Source: Azolla caroliniana
Lineage: Eukaryota > Plantae > Polypodiophyta
Direction: 5' to 3'
NCBI GenBank assembly: GCA_043228905.1
Contig: JBHGNT010000011.1
Location: 5,084,001 to 5,148,000, forward strand
DNA: 64,000 nt
Each line of letters opens with the position of its first letter. Within the stretch, counting starts at the first letter, position 1. The notes under the pieces are model-generated. The model did no database searches. It was given only the letters and a program-made list of their open reading frames with translations, and was not told the DNA's origin. Below are positions 14,501 through 25,922 of the stretch, piece after piece. Both the position numbers and the translations under genes were made by a program.

Positions 14501-15100
14501 ATTACAAAACCTGCTCACTGTGGTAGTTAGGGTGATTGCCAAATCTGGTAAGAAATGGCTATTGGATCCACAATCGCCAATAGCTCAATTGTGGGATATG
14601 CTCTGGTTATATGCACAACAACCAGTTAGTAGGTTGATGTGGGACCTAGGGGGATGGTTTTGGACCAATCCCATGATGGATCCATTGCAGAAAGTTCCAT
14701 TCTTTCAGTACAACGTGAAATTGGGCAGAACCTTACGCATGTCTAAGAATATTCCAACTCCTGCAGCTCAAAAGCATTTGAATAAATGGGGTGTTTCGAG
14801 CACTCATTTGAAGGCATATTGGACATGGATTTTTTCTTTCAAGGGACCAACCAAATATATTCTCTTCAGATGGTTTTTACTACATGCAGAACTAGCAGTA
14901 AGTCAGTCATTGAAAGAAGATGTGGCAACTAGTCTTAGACAATGTTGTTGTTGTAGTGACATGTAGGAGACTACCAAGCATACTCTCTGTTCATGCTCAA
15001 TAGCCCAACAGGTATGGAATAAGGTTATCTCTTTATTCCTAACAATTAATGTAGGCTACGCTACCTCTTCTCTTGGGGATCAACGGTATGGGGGGTTCTC
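11537..15100 (+). pseudogene. LINE ORF2 remnant (APE endonuclease, RT, C-terminal zinc finger)
   Basis: LSWNVQG, LLQEHH, GGDFN, RLDRFY, SDHYP; LDFEKGYDKVDW, RQGCPL, QFEDDT (degenerate FADD); C..C....ETTKHTLCSC. Has stops, frameshifts and an apparent internal deletion near 12820. Confidence 0.85.
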
Positions 15101-18100
15101 TGTTCCAGTCTCTTGTTGTTGAATCAGATGATGCTCCAGAGGCTATGATAGTCCTCAACAGACATCTAATTACTATCTCCCCTTTTCAGCAACCTCATAA
15201 CTAAACGCGTGCAACCCATGATTGGAAAACAATATATACGATTGCATTATAGATATTATGGAAGTATCGTTGAAAAAGACGATATGAGTCCATAATTCCT
15301 CTTCTCTTAGATATATTGCCGAAATTATGGGGGAGCTTATTGGCGGTTGTGTGGGGCAATATGACAATATGCCAGGCTCTTCGAAGGTTGTTCAGAAGAA
15401 ATAGAAAAAATTACTACAATTATGGAGGAAGTTGCCTCTGTTCACAATCTCCTCTAAAGGACCGTTTGGGAGATATCAAAACCCCTAGTCTTTGCACTGA
15501 CCATTTCTTTTGTATATAATACTCTCTGATTTTACATTTTTGTAGCCCTCTGGCACTTTTCTTAATACTAATGAAGGAAATCTTTTTTAAAAGAAAAAAA
15601 AAAGAACCATATTTTGAAACATTCAATCATGAATGTCAAACATATTGCCCCCACACATAGTGTGTGTCTACAAGGGTACCTACAACTTGAAGAAGAGAAA
15701 AGAACTGGCAATGCCACTAGTATCTCCTAGAACCCTTTGTCGACAAGCCTACTCTCTTGGTTCACATCCTTGGTGGTCTTGCTTAGCATTTGATACTCAT
15801 ATGTGAATGTTTCCAACAACCCCAAAGTTTTAGAATCTATTAAGCAGCCACCATGGACTTTCCACAATAAACATTTTGTTGGGGAGTACGGAGACACCAC
15901 TCTCATTATTCCCAAAGACTCTATTTTAATATGTATTTCCAGATATTTGATGTCACTCCGATGTCACTCTTAGAGTCACCTCATAGGATGTTCAATTTCT
16001 AAATTAGGTAAGATTATGAATTATATGGACATAAAATAACCATTAGTCTTCAATAATAACATTTTCCATGAATTTAACTTTTTCAAGCACTCTCTGAGGT
16101 AATCATTGTATGATCGTCCCTAGTTTATTTTCTTAATCCAAGCAATGTTGCAAGCTAAAAAACTAGGTGTGATTTGTTGCATTGTTAAAGTATAACTTAT
16201 ATATGTAGAATGATTAAGATCAAGACAATATAAATAATCCAAAATATTAAGCAATTTGTTACATATATGACCTTGCATACAAAAAAGTGAATTAGATTAC
16301 ATTACATCATCTGTGGCTTAAAATGAGTTTAATCCTTGTGTTGATGTTCTTCATTTTGGATTAGATTCCCGTAATCATTATCATCATCTTGTCCTTCCAT
16401 CGGGATGCATAATATTGATAAGCATGTTGTCATAACCGAAATTCTTCTTTGCTTGCTTTCTCTTTGAAAATGTATATTTCTAAATCAAACACAAGAGGTT
16501 GATCATAAGAAAAAGATATGTAGTATTCTAAAATGAACATTAGTTTTTAAGGCACAAAGTGGACACATTGTCATACTACATTCATCCCCTGAAAGTATTA
16601 TTTTAAGATTCATCATGTTAAATTATTAGTTTAGAATTAGAAATATGGAAACATATTGATATAGTAATAAAGCTTTATCAGATTTGTTCAAAAGATACAT
16701 CATTACTAAAGCCTCTACATCAAATGAATTTGATGCCTGAATTTCTTTGGAAACTACCCATGACCTAAACATGCTATTATTCAATTCGTAGGTACTCAAA
16801 TATGACTGTGATAACATGAAAAAACAAATCTTAAATTTGACAAAACAAACATAGCTTCGAGGAAGAGGGCATGCCATGTTGTCAATAAAGTCAAACTTAA
16901 CATAAAATGTTTGAAATATAGTACAAACATTTAATTATGTTTGAAATATAGAACATGAACATACATTATGTTTGAAATCTAGAACCTCAAAACTTATTAG
17001 ATAACTTGAGTTCACAATGAAAATCTAAATGTAACATACATTTGTATAAAAGACATACCTTAACATTGAAAAAATTAAACAACATTAAGAAAGGGTATGG
17101 CATTCGAAATAAGATAAATATGCAAGCAGGCAAAGGGCATAACCTTGAAAATTAAACAAGAACTCCAAGTTAAAGAATACTCTCTAGAAGCAACGTTGTA
17201 GGTCGGTCTTCTCCAATCAAACCGTGCACCAGGCAACGTTATTGCAGGAGATATGAATGTGAAGTTGTAGCCATACTAAAGAGCCAATAGATGGCATCAC
17301 GAGCGGATCTGATGGAGTTGAAAGGTAAAGATTAGCCTTCATCTAACAATGGCCATCCTCTCCCTTTCTTGAGTTAGTGGGCCTCCACATAAGATGGAAT
17401 TATTGAGTCCTTGCTAAGATTTTTATATAACATTCATAGTCGTAAAATTTTATAACTAATGGAAGGAGTTTTGTTTTTGGAAAAAAAAACATTAAAAAAA
17501 ACTATGGAGTCATACCTTCAAATAAACTAGGAAAAATAGAGCATACATTTACATATTATACAACATACCGTCCATTTCGAAACAAGGATCGTTTAATAAA
17601 AAGTTAACGTAAACATACATCCAAATTTTGGAGATAACCTTGCCTTGAAATTAATTAAATATATCTCAAAATAAGGACCATACATTATAAAAGAGACATT
17701 AAACATACTTTTGGAAAAGACTATTATATATGGTAAAAAAACAGGACCATAGAATCGTGAACAAAGAGTTTACATTAATATAGAGTAAAGAGTAGAAAAA
17801 GAAGAAGATGTAACTTTATATAAAACTTGAATAAAGACATGTATACTGAAAAAATACAACCTTTAGAATAAGACTTGATTCACTGAAAGATTCAAAGCTA
17901 TAAAAGTCATGATTTAACTTAATACATCTGGTAAAAAACACATTTAATACAATCAAAGAGCACAAACATAAATTAACCTAGAAAACACATACACTAAAAA
18001 AGGAGCACAGATTTCGAAAACCAGAAAAAAGGTAGGCCAAAACCTGTTTTTAATCAGGTCTTAGACTCACGTGATGTAAAGAATATATCTATAGTGAACA

Positions 18101-19847
18101 AATCGAGAACTGGAATATATATGCACAATGGAACAACCTGAGAGCTTGTAAGAAAGACATGACAATACATTCAAAAAAGTTGTAATCAAATATGAATACC
18201 CAATGTACACATATATAGACATTTAAAAGAAAATATCCTGCATAACAAAATTTGTGACTTTGAAAGGAAATAAATGCATTAAATGAAACTTTTGAAAATG
18301 CTACAACCGAAACATTGAAAACTTAAAATACAGCAATCTACCTAAAAAGAACAAACCATATATCATTGTGGATTATAAAAATATATATTGTAGACTAACA
18401 AACATGTTAATAGTATAGTATACATGTTAATAATACAAAAGGTACATGTCAGTAACATAAAGAAAAAACATACCAACCTACATTTTAGATGTTCAACTAT
18501 TGACTATCCACATAGCTCTTGAATTTTGTACTTAAACAACAGCATAATAATCATACAAAAGCATGTGGTTAGTGTAAAATAAAGAGGAACAATTCATGGT
18601 ATATTATGGGGTCATTGAAAATTTTGAATCTATAACCCTATTGATGTGTTATGAGCCTTTCACATGCAACACCATGACTAGCCTCCAAGCCACTCATGAA
18701 ATCGTTTCCCTACACTAAGTTTACCAAGTTCATTCCATTACTCATGGATTGATGGATGATAAAGTTGGGTCCTCCTAGCAAGTACTCAAGAGATGCCTAA
18801 TTGCATGTTGTCATGTAATGCACAATCTAGTGTTCTCAACTCAAATTTGTTTTCAAAATGTTAGATAATTTTTTATTATTGAATTGCCTTAAAATTGTGG
18901 GTGTACGATCTTATGAGGATATAAAGATGAATTGGTTATTCATTTATTCATTGGAACTACACTAAATAATTGTACGATGATTGTATTCTTAAGTAGGTCT
19001 ATAAATTTAATTAAGTATCATTAATCTGATGATTAATACATTTGGTTAACACAATATATCGCCAACATATTGGCGATAGAACCTAATGTATGTGGTTTGA
19101 AAACAATGACCAATTGTTCGCAATAGGTCACACACTATCACACAATATGAAGAATGAAAGCGGAATCAAAAAAGATAGATGGTGTTGCAAGCATGTATTA
19201 GAGGAAAGACAAGGAGCTTGAGTGGTCATAAAAGTCATTATAGTTATTGATAACTTGTGGTAACCAACTCTCTACATGAGGATTTTAGTTAGAGATAAAT
19301 AAAAAAGTGTGTAATGCTAAAATCGGATACAAAGTAATAAGAGAGAATTAAAGCTCAATGTTAAAAGGCCCAAGGACAATGAAAAATCTATAAGAGGCTT
19401 TGTATAAGTCTTTTTGGCTTCTTCTTATACACAAAATGTCATAGTTATAGTAGACATTTGATTGAACCCATGAATTCTTGGAAGCACATAATGTTTATTT
19501 TAACTTTTCATATATATCCTCGAGTATACATGTAAGATAAAGGCCTCCATCTCTCATAGGCTAAAGCATGATTGCCAAATGACAAATGAATACTGAGTTG
19601 CTATAATGCATATCAATGAGATGCCATAATATTGATAAACCATTTTGATTCAATGCTAGTCTTGGACATGTTCATTCTTCTCATATTTCATGTTCTTGTT
19701 CCTATAATTGATTCAATTTTGTTCTCAGCTACGACCTTGAGATTATTTTTCTATTTCCCTCTTCTTTTTCTTTTGTTTAATATGATTTTATTCTTAGTTG
19801 TAACATTCCTGACTATTAAAAGCAAAAGAATTACTTCTTCTTCATCC

Positions 19848-20443
19848 TTTTTTATCTAGATGTATCTTCTCATAATTATGCTTGTGAACAAAACTATATA
19901 CGCATTCTTAATGATGTAGAGCACTTAACAACTAAATTCTTATCATTAATTAAGATTTGAAGATCAACAATAAGAAGATCACCCAACCTCGGCTAATGTT
20001 AATTTCTGCCTCCTTGCACATGACATTCTTTGGGATGAAGGGGAGATAATAAATCGATTTAGAGAAGGTATTTGTAAAGATATGGAGCTACTTAATCTCA
20101 CATATCATGAAGATCCTAAATTAAATACAAGGCCATGAATCAACATGTACAATATGATAACCATTTACTTGAGCAATGTCTCAATCGTTGGTAATGATTT
20201 TTGTCATTCTTTTATTTTTAGATGTATCTTCTATAATTATGCTTGTGAAAAAAAATATATACGCATTCTTAATGATGTAGAACGCTTAACAACTAAATTC
20301 TTATCAATAAGATTTGAAGTTTAACAATAAGAAGATCACCTAATGTCAGCTAATATTGTTGATTTCTACCTCCTTGCATATGACATTCTTTGGGATGAAG
20401 GGGAGATATAAATCAATTTAGAGAAGAGATTTGTAAAGATATG
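19848..20443 (+). repeat. Duplicated ~235-bp segment (period ~361 bp) resembling a gypsy gag fragment
   Basis: Copies at ~19848-20084 and ~20209-20443. They translate to LLAHDILWDEGEIINRFREG, similar to chromovirus gag. Confidence 0.6.
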
Positions 20444-20444
20444 A

Positions 20445-21355
20445 AAAGTGTGTTGAATTTGGGTCACAAAACAAGAAGACAAGAATTTGTATTACTTAGA
20501 GACCAACATGAAAAGTGTGTTGAAGACTAGCGTTGAGCTGGAATGGTTCAACACTAAGCAGATCTTCCACATAGATGGGATCACACATGGTCGCCACTAG
20601 GCATACATGTTCTGTGCCACTTGGTGTGGATGCATGAATGCCATTTGGTGATCATCCATTATGTACAATGCCACATAATTCTACGTAATAGTAATAAAAT
20701 ATATTTTTTAGTTGTAAGACTCTTGTTTAAGGTTACAGGCTCAAATCTTCATATTGATATTTTGTGACATCATCCCCTCCTTCGTCGACCAACTCCATGG
20801 GTCGCAATGCATGAATTAGGATTTGGTTTATTGGGGTAGCGAAGATGAAACTCCTATATAAGCTTAGGAGAATTAGCAACGTTATCAGGTGTGTATCCAA
20901 GACAATCTACAAGGTAATATTACTTGTTGTGGATGATCTTGGAGTCGAAGTTAGCTTTTACCTCATATTCTGGTCCGTCAGCTAGTTGAACTAGAGGTGG
21001 TGGTGGAACAACCTGGTCTGCGATAAAACTTGATATCCATGATTCTTACAATGAAACATGAAATACTAGATGAGGGCGCATATGTGAAGGCATGTCCAAA
21101 CATAATGCAACATCGTTGACTTGATCTATAAATGGACCTAAACATTGGAAATCCAACTTGTCACATGGTCTAGTAGTTTTCACATTATGACGTAATAGCC
21201 ATACATGATCCCCAACAACTTGAAACTTAGGTTTTCTGACTGTAGAATCTAAGCGATATCTATTTGCACTCTTCTTGTATTTGGCTAAGCATGAAACAAA
21301 TGATTAGAAAGCTTGGCTTGAAATTCTTTGTGTTGTTCTAGATGATCCTTCTAAA
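20445..21355 (-). mobile_element. Chromovirus (Tcn1-like Ty3/gypsy) 3' remnant: integrase tail, chromodomain, PPT, 3' LTR
   Basis: Minus strand reads KLDFQCLGPF, HLVFHVSL, PPPPLVQLADGPEYEVKA..DSKIIHNK.YYLVD.LGYTP and EFHLRYPNKP. PPT GAAGGAGGGGA precedes an LTR starting TGTCAC at ~20770. The far end of the LTR is approximate. Confidence 0.7.
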
Positions 21356-23925
21356 GAATTGCGTGTGGAAGCTTGTAGATGAAACCGCCTTCACTGGATA
21401 GCAACAGAGAATATGCACATGTTTAATGGAAAACTTAGTCACACAGAGAGTGTACACGGGAGAGATAGAGAGAACAAAACCATAAAATAAACTATATTTC
21501 AAAATATCACTCTATGTATACAATGTGCTCAGTGAGCACTTTTATACAAGTCCTTAAAAGGAATGATAGAAGTACTGACATGTACTTCAATGCTTGTACG
21601 AGAGATTGACACTAACTCCAAGAAATATGTCGCCTCTAATGGCCTACTGGTTACTACCTGATCCGGCTCTTGGTTCTGGATACCTATCCGGTTCTCTGTT
21701 CCAGATTCTGATCCGGCTTTGGCTTATTCAGCCGATCTGGATCCGGTTGAGCTTTGTCTGCTCAACACTCCCCCTCAAGCTCAACTTGAGGTCGGATTGT
21801 GGTGTCAGTGTCTGCCAAACCTTGCAGTTGGCTTCTTTTGGCGTCTTCTCGCCTTGCTTGATCTCCTTGTCCCGTCTAGTCCTGCTTCCCACGACCCGTC
21901 TAGTTCTATGCACTTCAACCTTCTCGGTCAGCTTGTCTGCTCAAGAGGCCCATCTCAGTTCCTTCTTTGCTGTGGCTTTGGCGCTTCTCAACCCGTTGGT
22001 TCCTCTGTGTCAGTGTCAACTTCTACTGCCTTCTTGTCCGAGTGGTCTTTAACTGATCCGGCTCCTCCGAATCAAACTGTTGAACCGAATCGGCTGCCTC
22101 CGATTCGTTCCCGCTCTTGTCTGAGTCAGGTGTCTCACCCTCGTCCTTGATCTTTAGGCCCTTCACAACATTGGACCATGTCCGAGTCTTGGCCTTCTTC
22201 TTTTGGTCGGCTCTGTCCTTATTGACACTACTGTCATCGCCACTCGTTCCGACTCTTTCAGATGTGCCAACTTCTTTAGTCGACTCAGCTTGCTTTTTCT
22301 TATTGTCTCCCCCTGTCTCAGTTGTTTCCTTCTCTCCATGTGCTTAGTGTGGGCATGAAACACGGGGTTCTTGGTTAGTTGCATGTTGCTTATGTTGTCG
22401 TAGTACATTGGGATTGGAGTTGGTACTTCAGCAGGTCGTGCAACAGTCGCCGAAGCCATATGGCTTGACAGGTGGCGACGGTAGTGTCCCCATACACAAC
22501 CTCAATGCTCGACAGAGCCACTGTTGGCTGCTCCCCGCAACAACCATGCTACCCAAAGAAAACATATAACCGAAAGTGAACCGATGATCCGACGCGTCAC
22601 CGGCCTAGTCAGCATTTGTATAATCCACTAAGTCATATGTCCCCATAGTACAATTTATTAATCCCTACACATACCATAGTAGCTCTGAGCTTCCTCCTCG
22701 ACACCCAATCCACTCCCATAATGTATCCACTTCGGCAGCTCCCTCTATCCAACCACATCCACCTATGGCAATCATTGCCCCTCCTTTTGGTAATCCGCAT
22801 CAGAACCTACATAAACCACCAAATATACATTATCAACAACATTACAACTACGGCTTCCCTCAACAACCTACAACGTGGTCGCCACTACCACTGTCACTAT
22901 CTATGCCCCTCCCACATCATACACTACTTATGGCACACAGTAATTTCCACCCCCCTCCCACACATACCCCATTATACACATGAGTATGGATCTGTCTCCT
23001 ACAACCATCTCATACCCAAATGTATATTCCCCACCCCCATTATTTCACAGGATGTTCTGTTCGGGACTGCATATGGCAGCCGACAAGCGTCCATGCTACC
23101 TCCTCTCCTTCCATCTCCGCCTATTGTAACAGGGTTTCAAAACCCTAATTCCCATATCTTCCCCCCTCACACTCAAACTCACGCTCTCTCTAATCAGGGG
23201 TTCTCACAAACTATAACCTCCTTACACTCTTTCCTACCATTTACAGGTACCCCCTCTTTATTTTCTTCAAATTACACATATACCCCTCCAACTATTTCCA
23301 CTAAATTTTCATATACCCCTCCCCCGCATTTTACTCATACCCTCCCCCCTAACTTACCCAATTTACCTACTACCCTCCCCCCTACTTCCTCTATTATCCC
23401 TCTCCCATATTTCTCTAATTCTTCTATTAACCCTCCCTCTTCTTTTGTAATACATAATACCCTCCCCCCTCCAAAAATTAGTACCACATCCTATCCTTTT
23501 AATAATGTTAACACTACCCCTCCCCCTCCAAAAAACAATACTACATCATATCCCCACATAAATCATAGGCCTCATAATAGACACCATAATACACAAAGTC
23601 ATTCAAATACCCCCCCTCAAACCCTACCACGACCCGACCAAAAAACGTCTAACACGGCGTGCTAAACATGTGAATAGACACTTTAGACACGCCATATATC
23701 CTAGAAAATGAATACCGATCCAACTCTTCTCTGCTGGTGTCGTACTCCGACATCTTCTTCTTCCCCTTCTCTTTGTGTGTGAACCGTCTCCTTGGTTCCG
23801 TACGGGCGGAAAGCACGACCGAGTCTTCGTTGCTCGCTGGCTCATTAGCTTGCTGGTTCTTCCAATTCATCTCTTCATTCGGCCCGCTCAGCCGAAATGA
23901 GATCAGACTCTCATCTAGGGTGTGG
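21356..23925 (-). mobile_element. Degraded Ty1/copia element I (same family as H and B)
   Basis: 3' LTR ~21356-21767. PPT (plus strand CTCCCCCTCAAG) from 21768. RNase H NPVFHAHTKH at ~22340-22400. INT-RT linker RRRFTHKEKGKKKMSEYD at 23660-23920 matches the copy at ~34480-34540. Confidence 0.8.
22635..23665 (+). other. C-rich low-complexity insert with a Pro/Thr/His-rich 314-aa ORF of unknown origin
   Basis: ORF 22721-23665. The plus strand is strongly G-poor. It lies where the RT of copia I is missing. Confidence 0.4.
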
Positions 23926-24069
23926 TGTAAGGATTCAAATATGTGCGGAAGTATGTATGAGAACTTGTCTAGAAGTACTCAGCAAACAACACAGAAAGAA
24001 TGAAGACAGAAGATGGACACGCTCTTAAGCTTTAATGGAAGCTTTGTTATTTCTGTTCTCTCTCTCTTA

Positions 24070-24100
<31 letters not shown>

Positions 24101-25133
24101 AGAGAGTCTAGATACAAGGAGGATCAAGCAACTCTATTGTTACAACGTTAGGTTATTGCTTATATACTAAGCCCTAACTATTTGGATGTGTTCACACTAA
24201 GATACAAATTGGAAGGAGTTGGCCTTTTATGCCAACTATTGAGTGAGCAAGCTCAACTGAATAAGCCAGAGTCGGATCGATATCCAGAACGAAGAACCGA
24301 ATCGGTGTCCGGATGATATCCGCAACCAGGAGCCGGATCGTAGAGCCGGATCCAACCTAGTACGTAGGCATATTAAGTTAGTGTTAGTCGCTCGTATGAG
24401 CATTGAAGTACCTATCAGTACTTTTGTCAATCCTTTATGGACTTGTATAAAAGTGCTCTCAGAGCACATTCTATGTAGAGAGAGGATTATTATTTTTTGA
24501 ATTGAGTTTTATGTTCTGCTCTCTCTCTCTCTCTCTGTCTCTCCCGTGTATGCTAAATTCTCTCAAGCTTCCATTGAACCTGTGTCTTTTATGTGTATAT
24601 ATGTATGTATGTGTATGTATATGTAGCAATGTATAAATGAACACATGTATCTCCATGTACGAATGTACATATGTGTACGCTGTCGTGAAGATCCGTCACT
24701 ACGCGCGGATCATGAGGCGGAACCGCCGGGGTTTTGGACTAGAAGGATTTAGAGTCGATACAAGGTTTGACGAGAAAGTACTTAAGATAGATTGGGAAAG
24801 AGAGAAGTTGAGATTAAACGATTGAGAAAGATCGATTGAACTTTTTATCTTTGGATTTAAGAAACAAGTTACACCATCAATTTGATAACGAATTTCTTCT
24901 TCTTAATTTCATAATAAAAAAAAACCGTCCTTTTTTTCTCCTCCCCCTTCCTTCTTTTATAGATGCTCTCATGCATATGATGCATGTGAGGGTACAAGAC
25001 ATGCATAAATTGCATGTTTGTCATTTGGCGCTTATGTGTTACATGTGGTGCATGATAACCATGTCACTCATTTTAGCTCTCATGTATGAGAATTTACATG
25101 TAAAAGTACAATGATAGAAATATACTTTCAACT

Positions 25134-25205
25134 AAATAGCATGGCTTAATGGTAAGCCAATTGACTCCTAACTTGGAGGTGCAAGGTTTGAATCCTTACT
25201 TGCCC
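25134..25205 (+). promoter_or_regulatory. tRNA-derived Pol III A/B-box module in the LTR of element C (second copy at 32082-32153)
   Basis: A-box TGGCTTAATGG at 25142-25152, anticodon-arm-like TTGACTCCTAA, B-box GGTTTGAATCC at 25185-25195. The acceptor stem is not intact. Confidence 0.6.
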
Positions 25206-25922
25206 TCCTTGTATATGTAAATATGTATATATATTTATATATTTATTTATCTAGTCGCCGGACATCGGTTACCGATGCCGTCGCCGGATGCCGTCGGTTA
25301 CCGGTGTGTCGTCGGATACCGGTGCGTCACCGGATGCCGTCGATTACCGGTGCCTCGCCGGATGCCGTCGGATCACCGTCGTCGGATTGCCGTCGGATCA
25401 CCGGCTCCATCGCCGGTCCGGTTTTGGTTGGCCAAAACCCTTTACGAGTAGCTAGCCCACCTCCACTCTTAGTTCAAGTTACCTTGAACTCTCTATGCTC
25501 CACACATAGACACAAAGATAATATCTTTTGCTCCACCTTATATATGATGAGAGCTGTATTTGTCGTGCCTATGTGGGATATCTCACAATTTTCTCTTTTC
25601 CTTTCACAAACTTTATACCCTCATATCTTGACATTTAGTTGTCCATTTCTCGTGTAATAAAGTGCATTCGAAACCTCCATCATTTTGTACTTAGATATTA
25701 AATCTATTTAAAATGTTATCTTCACAATTATTGTACTATGTGATTCATACTCGATTTCATACGTTTTATGGGATTTTCACACTATTGCCGAAAATCTTCA
25801 CGACATCCACCCCCACCAAACCGCACGTCCTCCGGTACGTGCCAAGAAGAGAAGAAGTGAGATTTCGGCTACGATGATCAATTAGATTCCTCCATGTCTT
25901 CATTTTCATCCGGCCTATTATG

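Larger units (their letters stand above)
9874..15602 (+). mobile_element. L1-clade LINE, close to full length, decayed
   Basis: ORF1 and ORF2 remnants, 3' A-rich tail at ~15589-15603, and 14-bp TSD AGAACCATGTTTTG (9860-9873) / AGAACCATATTTTG (15603-15616). Confidence 0.9.

Noticed and set aside
20880-20940. YYLVD as a PIF/Harbinger transposase motif
   Set aside because: The surrounding EYEV...LGY...FH..YP residues and the adjacent PPT and LTR identify a chromodomain.
25134-25205. Functional tRNA genes here and at 32082, 40629-40858 and 59765
   Set aside because: Acceptor and anticodon stems do not pair properly. They are reported only as tRNA-derived modules.
24836-25657. ORFs repeated at 24836/31784 and 25223/32244 as duplicated genes
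   Set aside because: They are chance ORFs within the two LTR copies of element C.
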